From Phoronis australis (Eukaryota > Animalia > Phoronida): a DNA stretch of 64,000 nt. How positions within the stretch are numbered: position 1 is the stretch's first letter; the number at the start of each line of letters is the position of its first letter. Of this stretch, positions 1 through 13,100 are shown piece by piece. The notes beneath the pieces were generated by a model. The model searched no databases, was not told the DNA's origin, and saw only the letters and a program-made list of their open reading frames with translations. The stretch covers positions 25,092-89,091 of the forward strand of contig NMRA01000831.1 in the NCBI GenBank assembly GCA_002633005.1, given 5' to 3'. The translations under genes and the position numbers were made by a program.

Positions 1-342
1 CATGAAGGACGATACAGGTGCGTAACTTCTGTCATTAATTACATTTTTGTCTGGCTGATTGCTGTTACAGTTCTCCACCTATGGCAACTGTTTGGTGTAC
101 AGGTAGTTGTAACACGTATATGTTTTAAGTGTCGGCTGTATTTTACAGTAGTTGTACTTTGGGTTATACTCATACATTAGTGTTCGGGTCGAGATGACGC
201 ACATTTATTCAAATGGATATTCACTGAGAAGACTATGGCTTTAAGAGCAGAACTGCTGTCCGTGTAAATACTCTGAATATGCATTTAGTGAATTTATGTA
301 TTTCTGTATGAGTAAGCAAAGCCTACGATGTACAATAGGTGA

Positions 343-388
<46 letters not shown>
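343..388. repeat. (ATT)n microsatellite
   Basis: About 15 consecutive ATT units. Confidence 0.95.
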
Positions 389-636
389 GTTGATCATATT
401 TTGTTAACTTGGAAGCTCATAACTTAAATGTGTGTATATTATGTAAGTTGAGGTGTTTATATATTTTGATGCGCAGCATTTACAGATGTGTATTTTTTAA
501 CAGATCTCACTTTGTCCCTAGGTTCTCAATATTATTTTTTATAAACTAGAGTATTGTACGGTCATGTTTATTTTCTGGGTAAAGTTGTTTCCTTTTTCCT
601 ATTATATCTATTTGTATGCATGTTTTAAAAATAAAA

Positions 637-773
637 NNNNNNNNNNNNNNNNNNNNNNNNNNNNNNNNNNNNNNNNNNNNNNNNNNNNNNNNNNNNNNNN
701 NNNNNNNNNNNNNNNNNNNNNNNNNNNNNNNNNNNNNNNNNNNNNNNNNNNNNNNNNNNNNNNNNNNNNNNNN
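637..773. other. Assembly gap (N run)
   Basis: Run of N. Confidence 1.
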
Positions 774-3700
774 CAGGCCAGCCAGCTGGCTCTCTATTGT
801 GTTGGCAGGGAATGGGGTAATTGAAACTTGCGCTTCAGTTAACAATTCTGATTGGGTTTTGGCTTGAATTTTCAGCAGGGATAGATTCGTCATGGTACGT
901 GTACTAGTGGTGATAGATTAACAGCCTTGATTTCGCGAGCCCTTTAAATACATGGTGAAATGGCTTGCAGCCGTGCCAACTGAATCTGAGATTGCGTAAA
1001 AAGGGTGTTTCTATGAGAGGAAGTAAGCACGACCACATACAAAGGTAAGGTTTGTGATTATTTTAACGATTATTCCAAGATTATTCTACCGATGCCTGTT
1101 AAGTGAGGCACTCGCCGATGTCGACTTCGCGGCAGTCAGTCGCCAGGCAGAGTCTGGTTAATCTTTGTATGTTGTGATATGTGATACGATACTTGACGTA
1201 ACAATCGGGATCTTTTCGTACATCAAAGCATTATTATTGTTTGGAATGATTTCTAAAATTTTATCAGTGACAGTTACATCAATCAATGCTGAATGTTTAT
1301 GCTGTCAACTCGATACAGGTTAATGAGTTAAGATTACAATCCAATCCCAATGGGTACGTGAGTGATAAATATCCATTGCATTAGACTATTCAAGTTTGTT
1401 TACTACCTATCATATGTCTTCTGGAAATCTATTACACGTTGAAATGGAAATCTGTCACGTCTGTTTTCACGTAACCTTTGGTTTTTAGGTTTGAAGGCTT
1501 GTACCGTGCAGAGGAGATATGCATCGCTTCTGCATCGTCCCTGAATGGACAAAAATTGTTTTTTAGCATCTGACTGTAGCTAACCAACAAGATCTTCCCA
1601 TCATCCAGTGCAGATCTGTTGTCAAAGTCTACTTTCTATATTGGAGACAACGAACAAAGCCTTTGAAAAGGAACAGCTATTTTTAAAGTCATTTTGTTAA
1701 ATTACTTATTCAGGTCCCGAGGGGAGATTGGCATGGGGGGTTGTAATATTTGGTACAACTGAATGTGTGGAAATAACAGGTAGTACATGTTTGGGGAAAA
1801 GAGCATGGTGATGTAATTCTTAACCTTCACAAAGTCCCTTCAAGTTGATTTCATGAAACTGTTTTGCTACTTGTATCAATTGTAAAACCACGAAAATATA
1901 TTACATTTTCCGAATTCACAGTGACTGAATAGTCTATAACTCATGCCTTGAAATGTTGCAAGTCGTTATAAATTCAAATGACTGCCATTTTTGTGAAAAT
2001 TGCATTTTTGATGGTGCCTTACGACTTGTAATTACTCTTAAACAACAGAAAGATTATCCATCATTTTTAAATGACCCAAGTCTTCATATCTTCTATTAGA
2101 AGAAAAACGGTTCCCTCAACCTTAGGCTAGAAGTATGCTTGACAGACCCATGAACCTGTAATCTGAGTTTAAAATTGCTGAAAGTATCAAAATTAAAAAG
2201 GCTTGAAAATGGGTAACAAAGGTTTGAAGTTGTCTCAAAAAACTTGTATATTTTACAGACAAGTGATGCGTTTAAAGAATTGTTATGGCTAGGGATAAAA
2301 AATAAAGACACAGTTTTATGCAATACTCATTATATACACCCTTGGTTTCTGAAAATAGTAATTATTTACTTTTATGTGAAACTGTAAACCAATCACCATA
2401 TATTTTTGAAAAACAGGGATAACATTTTTGATCCAATCTGGAGTACTTAATTATTCATATTTCAATATTTGTTCCAGGTTCAGTGACATTTTAAGGCCAC
2501 TTCAAGCTGTATCATAGACAAGCTTTGTTACTCCGTTCTCTTCCCACAGCACTTCCACACACCAGCAGTGCTGCATGGCACAATGTGCAAGTCAGTGGCC
2601 CTGGAGAAATGTGAATCGCAGTACTAAGTTACCATAAGACAATGTGCCAGTGGAGTGTCTGTGTATCCAGATGAACTATATCTGACTGCTACACAAATAA
2701 GCCTTGTTGGTGAGGATGCCCTTTCATAGGCAATGAGTCATGTGTGGACAATAGCTTATTTCCTTTCCTGGAAGAAACATGAGGGACTGAAGCTAAAGAA
2801 GACCTAGTCACACTCTGGTCTAGTTCAGAGTCTGATTTTGGGCTCAAAACGATTCAAGTGATATGCTGCTGTGTTTACCTTCAAGGGTCTAATTGTGGAT
2901 GTTATTGAGGCTGAATGAGGTTACATGAAAGAAAGCCACGTGTTGAAACTGGACCTTTTTTACAAGCGCTTCTATAGGCCATTGAAACTAGAACCCAGTG
3001 AAATGAAAGCCAAAAGCTGAGTGACATTAAATTTTCCTTTCAGAAGAAAGGCTTTATACTATTGGTAAAAACTTTTCAATTTGGTACAGATTATGGGGAA
3101 ATGACATTCAGTGACTGCATCGATTGTCTTATTGTATGTTTTCAATTGTAGCTAGCTGGATAAGAATCTGCTATGCACAAGATTCGAGAATAAACAATTA
3201 TCAGTGTATTTAAAAACAAATGGCAAACTGAAAAAGCACAGAAAGAAACAACATTGCGAGGGAGTCCATAATCAGGCATATCAGGTGCTGAATTTCTGAA
3301 TTACGTTCAATTCTCTCAGGTTATTGCTGAAGGATTGCTTTTCACTTTGTCCAACGGTGAAATAGATGGTCAGGCGGTTGGTTTCAGTTGTTTTTTCTTG
3401 CCTGTAACAGAATAGAAATATTAGCAAATTGTAAAAGAAAAGACAAGACAAATCTACTTTTGTAAGGCAGAACATACTTGACATTTCATCTTCATGTTTA
3501 TGTGTAGAAACTAATAACCTTTGTACCCAAGTCTTATTTAATATCTGAATTAAAATATGTGAAACAGGCTAAAAGTGATTTAACAATGTGTATTTTTCAT
3601 GACACTTAAAATGTGCTTCTGATCTCAACAAGTAAAATTCATTCTAGGTGTCAATTTTTTTCCAATGCAATGTTACGACATTTACTGAATTAAGGCTTAT

Positions 3701-4046
3701 TCATGTTAATTCGATAACTGAGCTGGTGGTCCTGGGGGTGGGGTCCACGATAAAATAAGGAAACTCACTCATCTAGAGAATTTTATTGGAAACAGCATAG
3801 TTTTGAAGAGAAACTGCTGTGAAAAAGTCACTCTTGACTTCTGTGCATCACGTACCATACACCTCTTATTTTGGGAGCACTCCCACCCAGGACAATATGA
3901 ATATGTGCTGCTAGCCTACCCGGCATCGGGTGAGTTTCCAAAAAGAAACACTTAGTTCCACTCAATAAAACTGTTATTCAGTGGGGTAACTGGTGGGGAT
4001 AACATCACCGAACGATGTTGATAGAAACTGATTGCTAAAAACTTAC

Positions 4047-4207
4047 CAAGTAATGTTGTGTAGTCTCCGAATGGAACTGCATAGTCATAGACATAGAGCA
4101 CACACGGGGCTTCAGCATCCACACACTTTTTGTCAGTTAGTTGACCCTGTTGACCGCAATTGTCCACGAATATAGTAACCTTAGGTCTTTTGGGAATTTG
4201 TGGCCAC
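4047..4207 (-). CDS. Possible coding exon (WPQIPKRPKVTIFVDNCGQQG...YDYAVPFGDYTTLL); gene assignment uncertain
   Basis: cgacag acceptor, G|gtaagt donor, 161 nt open in phase 2 to 1; no recognisable domain. Confidence 0.3.
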
Positions 4208-4409
4208 CTGTCGAAGACTTGCACCAGGGAAATTAGCAGTAATAAGGCTTAGCGCGACGACGTATTTTGATAAAAATTCCATCTTTTACCAGTTGTTTAC
4301 ATGCAGACAGCCACGCATGCGCAATTCAATCACCACTAGTACAGCAGCGACACCGCGAGGAGAATTCTCCGAATAGCCCCATTCAATTACTACTTTCAAA
4401 CTTAATATT

Positions 4410-5691
4410 AACTAGAGCAACGTGGAGCGTTGAAATGCGCCCACGAATGCATTGCAAATGATGTGCTTTTAGGGTTATTTTTTGTATCATAAAAATGGCC
4501 ACTAGATCACGCAAAAACATACAATCCATTCAAAAACAGGAACATGCCATATTTCATAAAAATCTGACAAGGAACTTCAGAGAAACAAAGGAAAACAGAA
4601 TAAAATGAAATTGCCACTAGTGGGCACAGTGTCCGTTGGATTTGCCTGAAAGTCGCCGTCGTCTGTTGTTATCTTCATATAAATCACTTACTAAATTATA
4701 TAAAGATCCTGCAGTGGGTTTAAGAGATACAACTATGAGCGCGAAACAAACCTACCACTAGGAGGCGCCACAATAGTCAGTCACCATCATCAAAGGTCAT
4801 CTTCACACTGAGAACATATATGCCAATTTTCAAATGATTTGGTTGAAACGGGTGGACACCAAAAACCAAGGTTTGAAAACAGCAAACAATGGCCTGTAAG
4901 TGGTGCAAAATACCTCGATTGCATCCAAAAACAGGAAGATAGTGTCATCACACCAATAGATGCCTATATTTAAAATTTTATGAAAATCTTTTGAGGACCT
5001 TTGAAGATACAGCGTTAAACATAAAAATAAAATTGCCACTAGGGGGCACAGCAGTAGGCAGATCTGTCCAAAATTCGTCGTCATCTGTAGACAACATCAT
5101 ATAAATACAGTTGCTAAATTAAGTAAAGATCCTGCGAACGGCTTAGGAGATACAACCATAGGCGCAACAAAAAAAAATGCCACTAGACGGTGCCACAGTA
5201 GTCGAAATCGTCGGAATATCATCGTCAACCGTCCTCTTTATAGTAAGCACATACATGCCAATTTTCACAATCATCCTTTGAGAAGTTTGGTTGATAGAGG
5301 GGTGGACCCAAAAAACAGACTCGAAAATAGTAAAAATGGCCACTAGGTGGCGCAAACTACATCGAATCCATCCGAAAACAGGAGGATAGCGTCATCTCAC
5401 TAATAGGTAACTACATACTGAATTTCATGGAAAACTGTTCAAGACTTTTGAAGATACAAAGGTTAGCGTAAAAAACTAAAATTGCCACTAGGGGGCACAC
5501 CAGTAGTCGGATCTGTCCAAAAGTTCGCTCATGCCGTCCCATTCATGAATGGAACAAATGTGCCAAATTTCGTGAATGTAAGTCAAAGGGTTTTGGAGAT
5601 AAAGCAGCGGACGGCGGACGGACGCCGCCCGGACGGACGAACGGAGATGACGGCATAATGTGACCAAATATAAATATGTGGGCGCATAAAA
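4410..5691. mobile_element. HINE/Helentron-like non-autonomous element with GCCACTAG tandem core
   Basis: Starts ACTAGAGCAACG...AATGCGCCCAC and ends (GGAC)n...GTGGGCGCATAAAA (subterminal inverted repeat); same family as the 34.5-36.3 kb and 37.5-39.0 kb copies. Confidence 0.7.
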
Positions 5692-6017
5692 AGTGGCTAT
5701 AATTTGCCTAACTTTTTTCTACCCTGCCTGTCTTAATCATGTCATTTTTTCATTGTCGTAAATACTCTCACTGTTTAGAGTCATCTCTTTATTTATTTTG
5801 TCTGTCATAGTTAAATTTTCACCATTCTTCGTCATTTATTCATTGTCTTAATTCTCAAATTCTTTTAATTGTATCTTTGTAACATATATTTAATTGTTGT
5901 TTTATTGCTTCATTACATTATATTATTGTTTTTCTTGTTGAGGGCCCTCTTGGAAAGCAGTAATATCACTGAAGAGGCCACCCTCATTTTAAATATCACA
6001 ATTAATAAACAAATAAA
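5692..6017 (+). mobile_element. CR1/L2-type LINE 3' UTR fragment
   Basis: Reverse-complement match to the 3' UTR at about 60340-60650 (CCCTGCCTGTCTTAATCATGTC...GAGGGCCCTCTTGGAAAGCAG); AATAAA-rich tail. Confidence 0.7.
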
Positions 6018-6605
6018 TATTAAGTAAATATTCTGGTAGTGTGATTCCTGGTCATGGAACTAGAGAAGTAATAGGTGGCGTGGAAAGACAGGAATTCCAT
6101 ATGGACTTTCTCAATGAGGTGGTTAATACTCATCTTGTTAAATTGACCCTCATGTCTTTTAAACCATGGAAGGCCTCCGGGAAAGACATGGTATTTCCTA
6201 AGATGCTACAGGAAGCAGGAACCAAGCTTTTCCAAATCCTGTCTAATCTTTACAAGGCTAGTATTAGACTAGGCTACGTCCCAGAAACCTGAACTAAGGC
6301 GAGGGTCGTTTTTATTCCCAAACCTGGAAAGGATTCTTACTTATAAAGGGACTCCTTCATACCCATGCCATAACTCTAACTTCCTTCTTCTTAAAATGTC
6401 TTGAGAAATTGGCTATGTGACAGTTAGAAAAGCAAGATGTTATGAGCAGACTTCTGAGAAATCAGTATGTTTACAGAGCTGGATTTTCTACAGAGACACT
6501 GACTGCTCTTCATCACCTTGTCAGACAGCTTGAAAATACTGTATACAATAAAATGTTTGCTCTTGGTGCTTTCATCGACATTGTAGGTGACTTCAGGTAT
6601 ATTAA

Positions 6606-8315
6606 AGGAGAATGCCACCCGATTTAATTAGTCTTTTTTACCATCTTAATCGGTCTATATCCAAATCGCCTCTTATACGGACAACCTTACCTTACCGAGA
6701 GGTGTCGCATTAATCTTTGAGGAAGGTGAGAAGCGATGCAGTGACGTCAGTGCTTTGTCTGCAGAGTGAATGCCACCACATTGCGGTGCATGATTCCAGC
6801 TTGTCCAAACTATGAAGCTGTGAAGAAAGCGGGTTTATCGTTTTTTCGACTTCCTCGAGAGCCCGAAATGCTTAGGAAGTGGCTCGCGATAGTGAAGAAT
6901 GAAAGGTACACTGTTAATAGCAAGTATGAGGCCGTGAAACATCTCTGTGTCTGTGGCCGGCATTTCGTTGACAGTGATTTCTCTGACGAATTCCGGCTTA
7001 CCAAAGAACTATCCGTATGTTCCGTTGCCTGTGCATTTTCAAAGCGCCTCTCCAGTATTTCTTGATCAGTGTATTCCGGTTCGATTGAACTGATAGCCTG
7101 TGAAACCTAACAATCTGACCCGTGAAGTCTTCGCCGGATGAGTTCTTGACTAAGTCGGGATTGGCGCCAGGCGAGTTGCCACGTAGACGTTTATTATTCT
7201 GCGTTCTGTTTCAAAATGAATTATTCTCATCCTAACGAATGCTTATATGAAACTTAAACAAAGTCTGTCTCATTAGATACAATTTGTAACGCCTTGGAGT
7301 GCGCGAGTGCAAATGTTTTGAGAAGCCAGCAATGAATAAACCACTGCGTTACCGGTTTTTGATGCCGGCAACAAAGGTAACTGACCAGGCACCGAGGCCG
7401 TGTGAGCTCATGCTAATTCAGTGTTTGCTGACAGAAAGCGGTTGTGAAACAATATACTCGATTTTATATGTTATGGTCAAATGTTAGGGGGATCTTTATT
7501 TAGAAAAACAAATACATTATTGAAATCATTGTTACTGTACAACCTTTGCCCTAATGGTACCTGACTTTGCGGCCGGCCACCGACAAGTAGATTTTCAGTT
7601 TCGTGGCTAATTCACATAAATAATTACGTGCACATTATTTCTCTGGCTCACTATTATAGTCTTTTCGTGACTGAAGGTTTAATGGCCAACTCAAGCTGGT
7701 TTATGTTAGTGCCAGTCCCGGCAGCCGCGACGGGCCTGATCGGGTTCCGAGCCACTGGCCGGGATAACGAGTCAGTCTGGCCGCGACGGGCCTGACCGGG
7801 TTCCGAGCCACTGGCTGGGATAACAAGCCTGTTGTGTGTTTAGAACTCAAAAAATCACAAGTATAAACAACACAGATCTAGACTCTCCTGTCTGTATTTC
7901 ACGGAAGAATACTTCGAATTTATCTCCGAACAGACCCCAAACTCTTGCTACGGACTTTTGTAAATTGGCCTGCTGAACTTTGTAGGCTATGGTGTGTCCA
8001 AATACCAGTAAATCCGTAGCAGCGATATAAAACAACACATTTTTATAAGAACTCGGTGTATTTTTAAGGGTTTTATATCGAAGTTTGATTATTTATTGGT
8101 GTTAAACGATGAATTGAAGCGATAAACTGACACCAGTAACCTGTGATGTGAACTGCTGAACAGACTGCGTGTGAAACCAATTACGTCATTGGATAATTTC
8201 AACACCTCCGTCTGCCGTCAGGTGTTAGGTAACGCAACCGAACCTGCCGTTATCGAGTAGAACTACTTGATCTAAATTGACACAAAATAGGTTGTTTTTT
8301 GGGTGGCATTCTCCT
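6606..8315 (+). mobile_element. Kolobok-type non-autonomous DNA transposon, copy 1
   Basis: TTAA on both sides (6602-6605, 8316-8319); TIR AGGAGAATGCCACCC / GGGTGGCATTCTCCT; internal THAP ORF. Confidence 0.85.
6766..7065 (+). CDS. THAP zinc-finger ORF (truncated transposase N-terminus) inside the Kolobok-type element
   Basis: C2CH signature CMIPAC...FFRLP...KW...VCGRHF; no DDE domain follows. Confidence 0.7.
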   Translation: MNATTLRCMIPACPNYEAVKKAGLSFFRLPREPEMLRKWLAIVKNERYTVNSKYEAVKHLCVCGRHFVDSDFSDEFRLTKELSVCSVACAFSKRLSSIS

Positions 8316-9891
8316 TTAAACATGATGCTATCTATAATGCACTTGTTCAATTTCAGATTGACAAAGGGCTTATAAGGTAGATTATGTACATGCTGGGCAG
8401 TCAGACTGTAACAGCTAAGCTGGAGGGAGCTAATGAGACTGTCCATCTCACTAGAGGTACTCCACAAGGTGGTACCGCTTCACCTGCTCTCTTCAATATG
8501 GTCATGGACTGCCTGTTAAGGCAGCTGTTGGCTAACATTGGGAAAGGTCTAGTTGTACAGGCCTATGCTGATGACATTGTCTTCTGTGTGTCAAGTGTTG
8601 ATGCTTGCACTTGCCACAGGATTGTCCAGAAGGCAATTGGCTTGGAGATCAACAGCAGTAAAACAAAAGTGGTGATGTTCACGTGGAAGCCGAAGTGGAA
8701 TGTAAAACCATCAAAGCTCTATGGCACTGAACTCCCACTCCAAGAAAAAGTCACGTACCTAGGTGTTACTCTCCACCATCGCCTTTCTTGGACACCTCAC
8801 GTGATGGACAAGATAACCAAGGCCAAGTCGGACCTGGTAAGGTGTAGCCGGTAGTGGGTAAAACTTAGAGACTCTCTCCCAAGAATTCCCTCTGGTTCTA
8901 CATTGGTGTTTTCAGACCGATGTTAGCTTACGCGGTATAAACATGAATAACATCTCTTGAACAGAGCACTGTTAGAACTAAACTGACACAAATACAGCAT
9001 TTAGCTTGCTTGTTAGTTACTTCTGCTTTTCCAGGGACACCTATAGCTGCAATGGAAATGCTTATTGGTTTGCCACCCTTGCATATTTACCTCAGCGGTG
9101 AAGATGTGCTTGCAGCTTACCGTATGAGGTGTAATGGGCAGTGGAGTAAATGCGCGAATCAATGATACTGTTGCTCATAAGAGCCTAGTGTCCATTTCTG
9201 ATTTTGACAACTTGCTCTGCTACTTCTCAGCTTTCTCTGAAATTGTCTTTCTGCCATACTGACGTGATCATGTATCTATTGCATGCATGCACATTAACTG
9301 TAATGACCACATATATCACAAGTCTTTTTCGTTTCTGCCCTTAGTTATCCACTCAAACGTGCTGATGATTTAACTTTTATCAGAAACTTTGTATTAGTTA
9401 TAACACGTATAAATGTTATGTTTTCACTGTGTCTAATGAACTGTTTGCAGCGGGCCTCTGCGGAAGAGGAGTGGAGTCACTGATTGGCCAATTTTAATGT
9501 GAAATAATAATAAAAAACTGCTTAGTTGCCAGTACAGATACTAGTGCCTATGGTTTGATTTTGTGCCAAGCCACATATAAATGGCATTGCTATCATAAGT
9601 AACTTCAGTTATGGTTTGACTCTTGCTTTTGAGAAACGTAATATAGACATTACTTTTCTGGATCCCTTTGACCTGAAATATAACAAATCCGTGAGCCAAA
9701 AACAAAAACGTTGCGATTCATTTCAACCCTGGCAACGCCACACGGGCAATTACATGGAAGATGTCCACAGGACAAACTTAACATTTTGCACAAAATGAAC
9801 TTGCCTTGCTGTTGGCTACAAGGCTAAAGGGGTTCACCACTTCCTCAAGAAAATCATCCATCACACAAATGAGGTACGGTAAACAACTTAC

Positions 9892-10106
9892 CAAGTCCAA
9901 CAGAAAACAGGTCATGGGCCGGCTTATATTTCTTTCTACCCAAAATATCCGGATCAGAATAATCATGCTTCACTGTCAGTGTCACAGTGGCTGATGACTT
10001 TGCATTAGCCAACAGTTTACAGAAGCCAAGATCTCCTACGCGTATGTTATAGTATTTGTCTATCAGTATATTGGAGGTCTTTAGGTCTCGATGTAGCACT
10101 GCTTTC
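9892..10106 (-). CDS. Kinase exon, subdomains VIb-IX
   Basis: ttccag|G AAA GCA GTG...; KAVLHRDLKTSNILIDKYYNIRVGDLGFCKLL...YSDPD...HDLFSVGL; donor G|gtaagt. Confidence 0.92.
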
Positions 10107-13100
10107 CTGGAAAATTCACCAAAAATATCATGTTTGTACGTTTGTGTAGGTTTGTACTATAATAACACAATTAGCCAAGCTGAAGTGTGTGAGAGACAGA
10201 TGCAACGTCGCTAACTCAAGAAAGCAAATTCCAGTATTTGACTCATTTTTCTATATAAACTGAAGATGATCGGTAAGTAGTGCATGGGCGACTCAGCTGC
10301 ACATGCAGTATGTCCTTTGTTTTACGCTAATGTGTAGCAGGGGACAACTAGCCAATATACAACCCACTGCACCCAAAGAGCATAGCAGTTGTCATGCTGT
10401 CTCTGAATTATGCAAGGTAATCTCAGTTGTAACACATACTCACTTGTACTCTGATTTGCAGTGGAGATGATACACAGCTTCAGCAAGTTGAAAGGCAATT
10501 CTAATACGTATTGAAAAAGGAAGTTCTCCCGACAATTCCTTCTTGTCCAACACAGTTTCCAAGTCCCTAGCCATCTTGGGATATACGAGCTTACTTCTGG
10601 CATGTTCTTTGTCTTCATAAACTGCCAGGACAGGCACAACAAAGGGATGCTTTATCCATGCTGATTCCTTTTCCTGGAAAACAGGCATTATACTATTTGC
10701 TGTTGACAATACTTTCACTAAGAACAGCAAACAACAGAAATTCTCAAATATTTTAACCTGCACATGTTTCAAGATGAAAAAAAATTGGCATTTTGACATT
10801 AAAAAATCAACCTTCAGTAACAACATGTTCGGTTTATGGGACCATTCATAAAGTACATCATCATTGGGGGGGAGGACTTTGGAAAACATAATGCTTGATG
10901 ACAGGGGACGAGGGTTCGAGGTCTTGTGACTTCACCACTAATTACATAACTAAACCACTCAAAGATGAAGGATACAAGTTGTTATAAGAAAATGAAAATG
11001 CTTGTTAAAGCAGTGTGCATTAAGGCTTTTAGATTACAATAACATCCAATTATGTAACTGGTTGGCTATTTAAAAACAAATTTGGCCTTTGTGTTAAATT
11101 TGCCGTTGTTTTGTCATTAAAGCAATGTCATCAACCAGTGGGCAATAGTAAGTAATGGGTTCAATACCAAAACAGCTGAGAGAATGCAATTAGTGGCTGG
11201 AAAGAAGGGAGGGATGGTTAGGCCGTGATGACAAGTGATGACAGAGGGGAGACACGGGTAAAAAGAGGCAAATTTTGGATGACATAACATATGAACGGTC
11301 TCTTATTAGCTGTTGAGAAATGCAAATTTTAGAGGCTATACTAGATAAGTTTGATATGCACTTCATGCAAATCAAAGGATGTTCTAAACAAAATCAAAGA
11401 TCTCACAATACTATAAATACCATGATTGTATTACATATTGCATGCATGAACAAAATCTTAGCTCCCTCCCCAGCCCCCAAAGCTGAAGATCATTTCTCAC
11501 TTAGCCTCTTCGGTCTTATAGCTATATCCTGTCAAGAAAAGATCTACAGAAAATGAGCATGGAGATATCAATTACTGCACTGATATTTTTGAGTACCATA
11601 CTCGTCCAGGTTACCGCCCATGCTCGGTTTACCGCTCATCCCCAATTTTTCACAATCGAGACTTCCTTAAAAGTGTCTGTGCTTATATGAACATTCGTTG
11701 CACAAAACTAAGATTCTAAAACGTGCGCAACTCGCTTACGGACTATATTTCAGTGACAATCAGTTTTAGCAGAACCAGGAATTTGCCTTACTATGGGGGT
11801 AAAATACCCGTATTCTCATGCACTTTATTGAAGGAAACTCAATTATTTCATTTGGCTCACGCGCGGAACTCATGTCAGCATTTACTGATCACTGAGACAG
11901 CGCTAGGTCGAATGTACTTCATTGCCGTGTTCTACCTTTCTGTGATTCCCTAGCGGTATGTGCCGTGACAGTACACGAAACATCACCAAGCTGAGCAATG
12001 AAATAAGAAAAAAGCACGAGCACACCAACATTATTTTGGACGCATAGTTTTGAATACAAGCAGACACGAGTCATTGTGACAAGCCAACTTGTCTCGCTAT
12101 TCCGTTAAACACGTTTTTAATGGCTCACTCCCGACACCAAAATGGAAGCGCCCAATCAAAAGTAACAGCGCAAGAAATCAACTTTTTACGAAGCGCAAGT
12201 CAAACATTCTATCCACATCCACGTGGTCAAAAACTTATTTTTTTGAACTCTTGATTTGCCTGATGTCTTTTTACATGATGTGTTTTTGCTTCATTATTTT
12301 TGCAGCCGGCCTAGCACCCCTATGGCCCAATAGTAGTATCATCCGACTGTTGAGCAAGTGCTTTGAACAAGAGTGGTGTTGGCTGTTCAACTCAGAAAGA
12401 AATGTACAATGTATATAAAGTGTTTCATTTTTCAAACTAGCTTCAAAGCATTTTAATGTTCTTAAAATAACTGAGGTCTGTCAATCATTAGCATGTGCTT
12501 TGGTTGCCAAAGTGTCTAGGGGGAGCAAATCTACAAAATCGTCTGCTTCCCTTATAAATACGCAGCGCACTAGCAGAATCTTGCTTGATTTGCCTTTTCT
12601 ATGAAGAAACTTGCCCTACTGAATGCAAGCAGGAATACAGGAGAGACGACGAGCAGCGACGGAGGTACATAAAAAACCCAGTCACGCTCGGGATCATGGT
12701 GCCCTGTATGTGTGCGCTATTCCACTTCAGGGAGTGCAAGTCTGTAACTTCAATCCGCCGACGTATATTTGAACTGCTATTCTTGACGTCCGACGTCAGT
12801 GTAGCTCCGTGAGGGTAGAATTGGTCCTCCGTGCAGTAAGCACACACTCCTGACTTTTTAAAAAATTCGATTTCAACCGCCCATGCTCGGCTTACCGCCC
12901 ACCCCATTTTTTTAGATTCCCAATTTAAGCGCCCGGGGCGGTAACCTGGACGAGTACGCTAATTACTGAACTTCATAAATAAAAGGATCAAAATTCATGG
13001 ATTTACTTTGGTTCTGACTAAAAAAATTCTGTTATTTGTCATACAAGTAGCCATTGTCAGCACTAATATCTTAACATTTCAAAGCATACCATTTTATACT

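Larger units (their letters stand above)
6030..9170 (+). mobile_element. Degenerate non-LTR retrotransposon RT (I-group, LOA/R1-like), split by a Kolobok insertion
   Basis: FKPWKASGKDMVFPKMLQ, VVFIPKPGK, QYVYRAGFSTET, FIDIVGDF, then after the insertion GTPQGGTASPALFN, QAYADDIV, YLGVTL and GLPPLHIYL; stops and frameshifts present. Confidence 0.85.

Noticed and set aside
546-893. ORFs spanning the first N-gap
   Set aside because: Open only because N translates as X; no motif.
1040-3100. Possible plus-strand exons (acceptor-like sites at about 1488 and 2478)
   Set aside because: Frames close quickly and give no recognisable protein.
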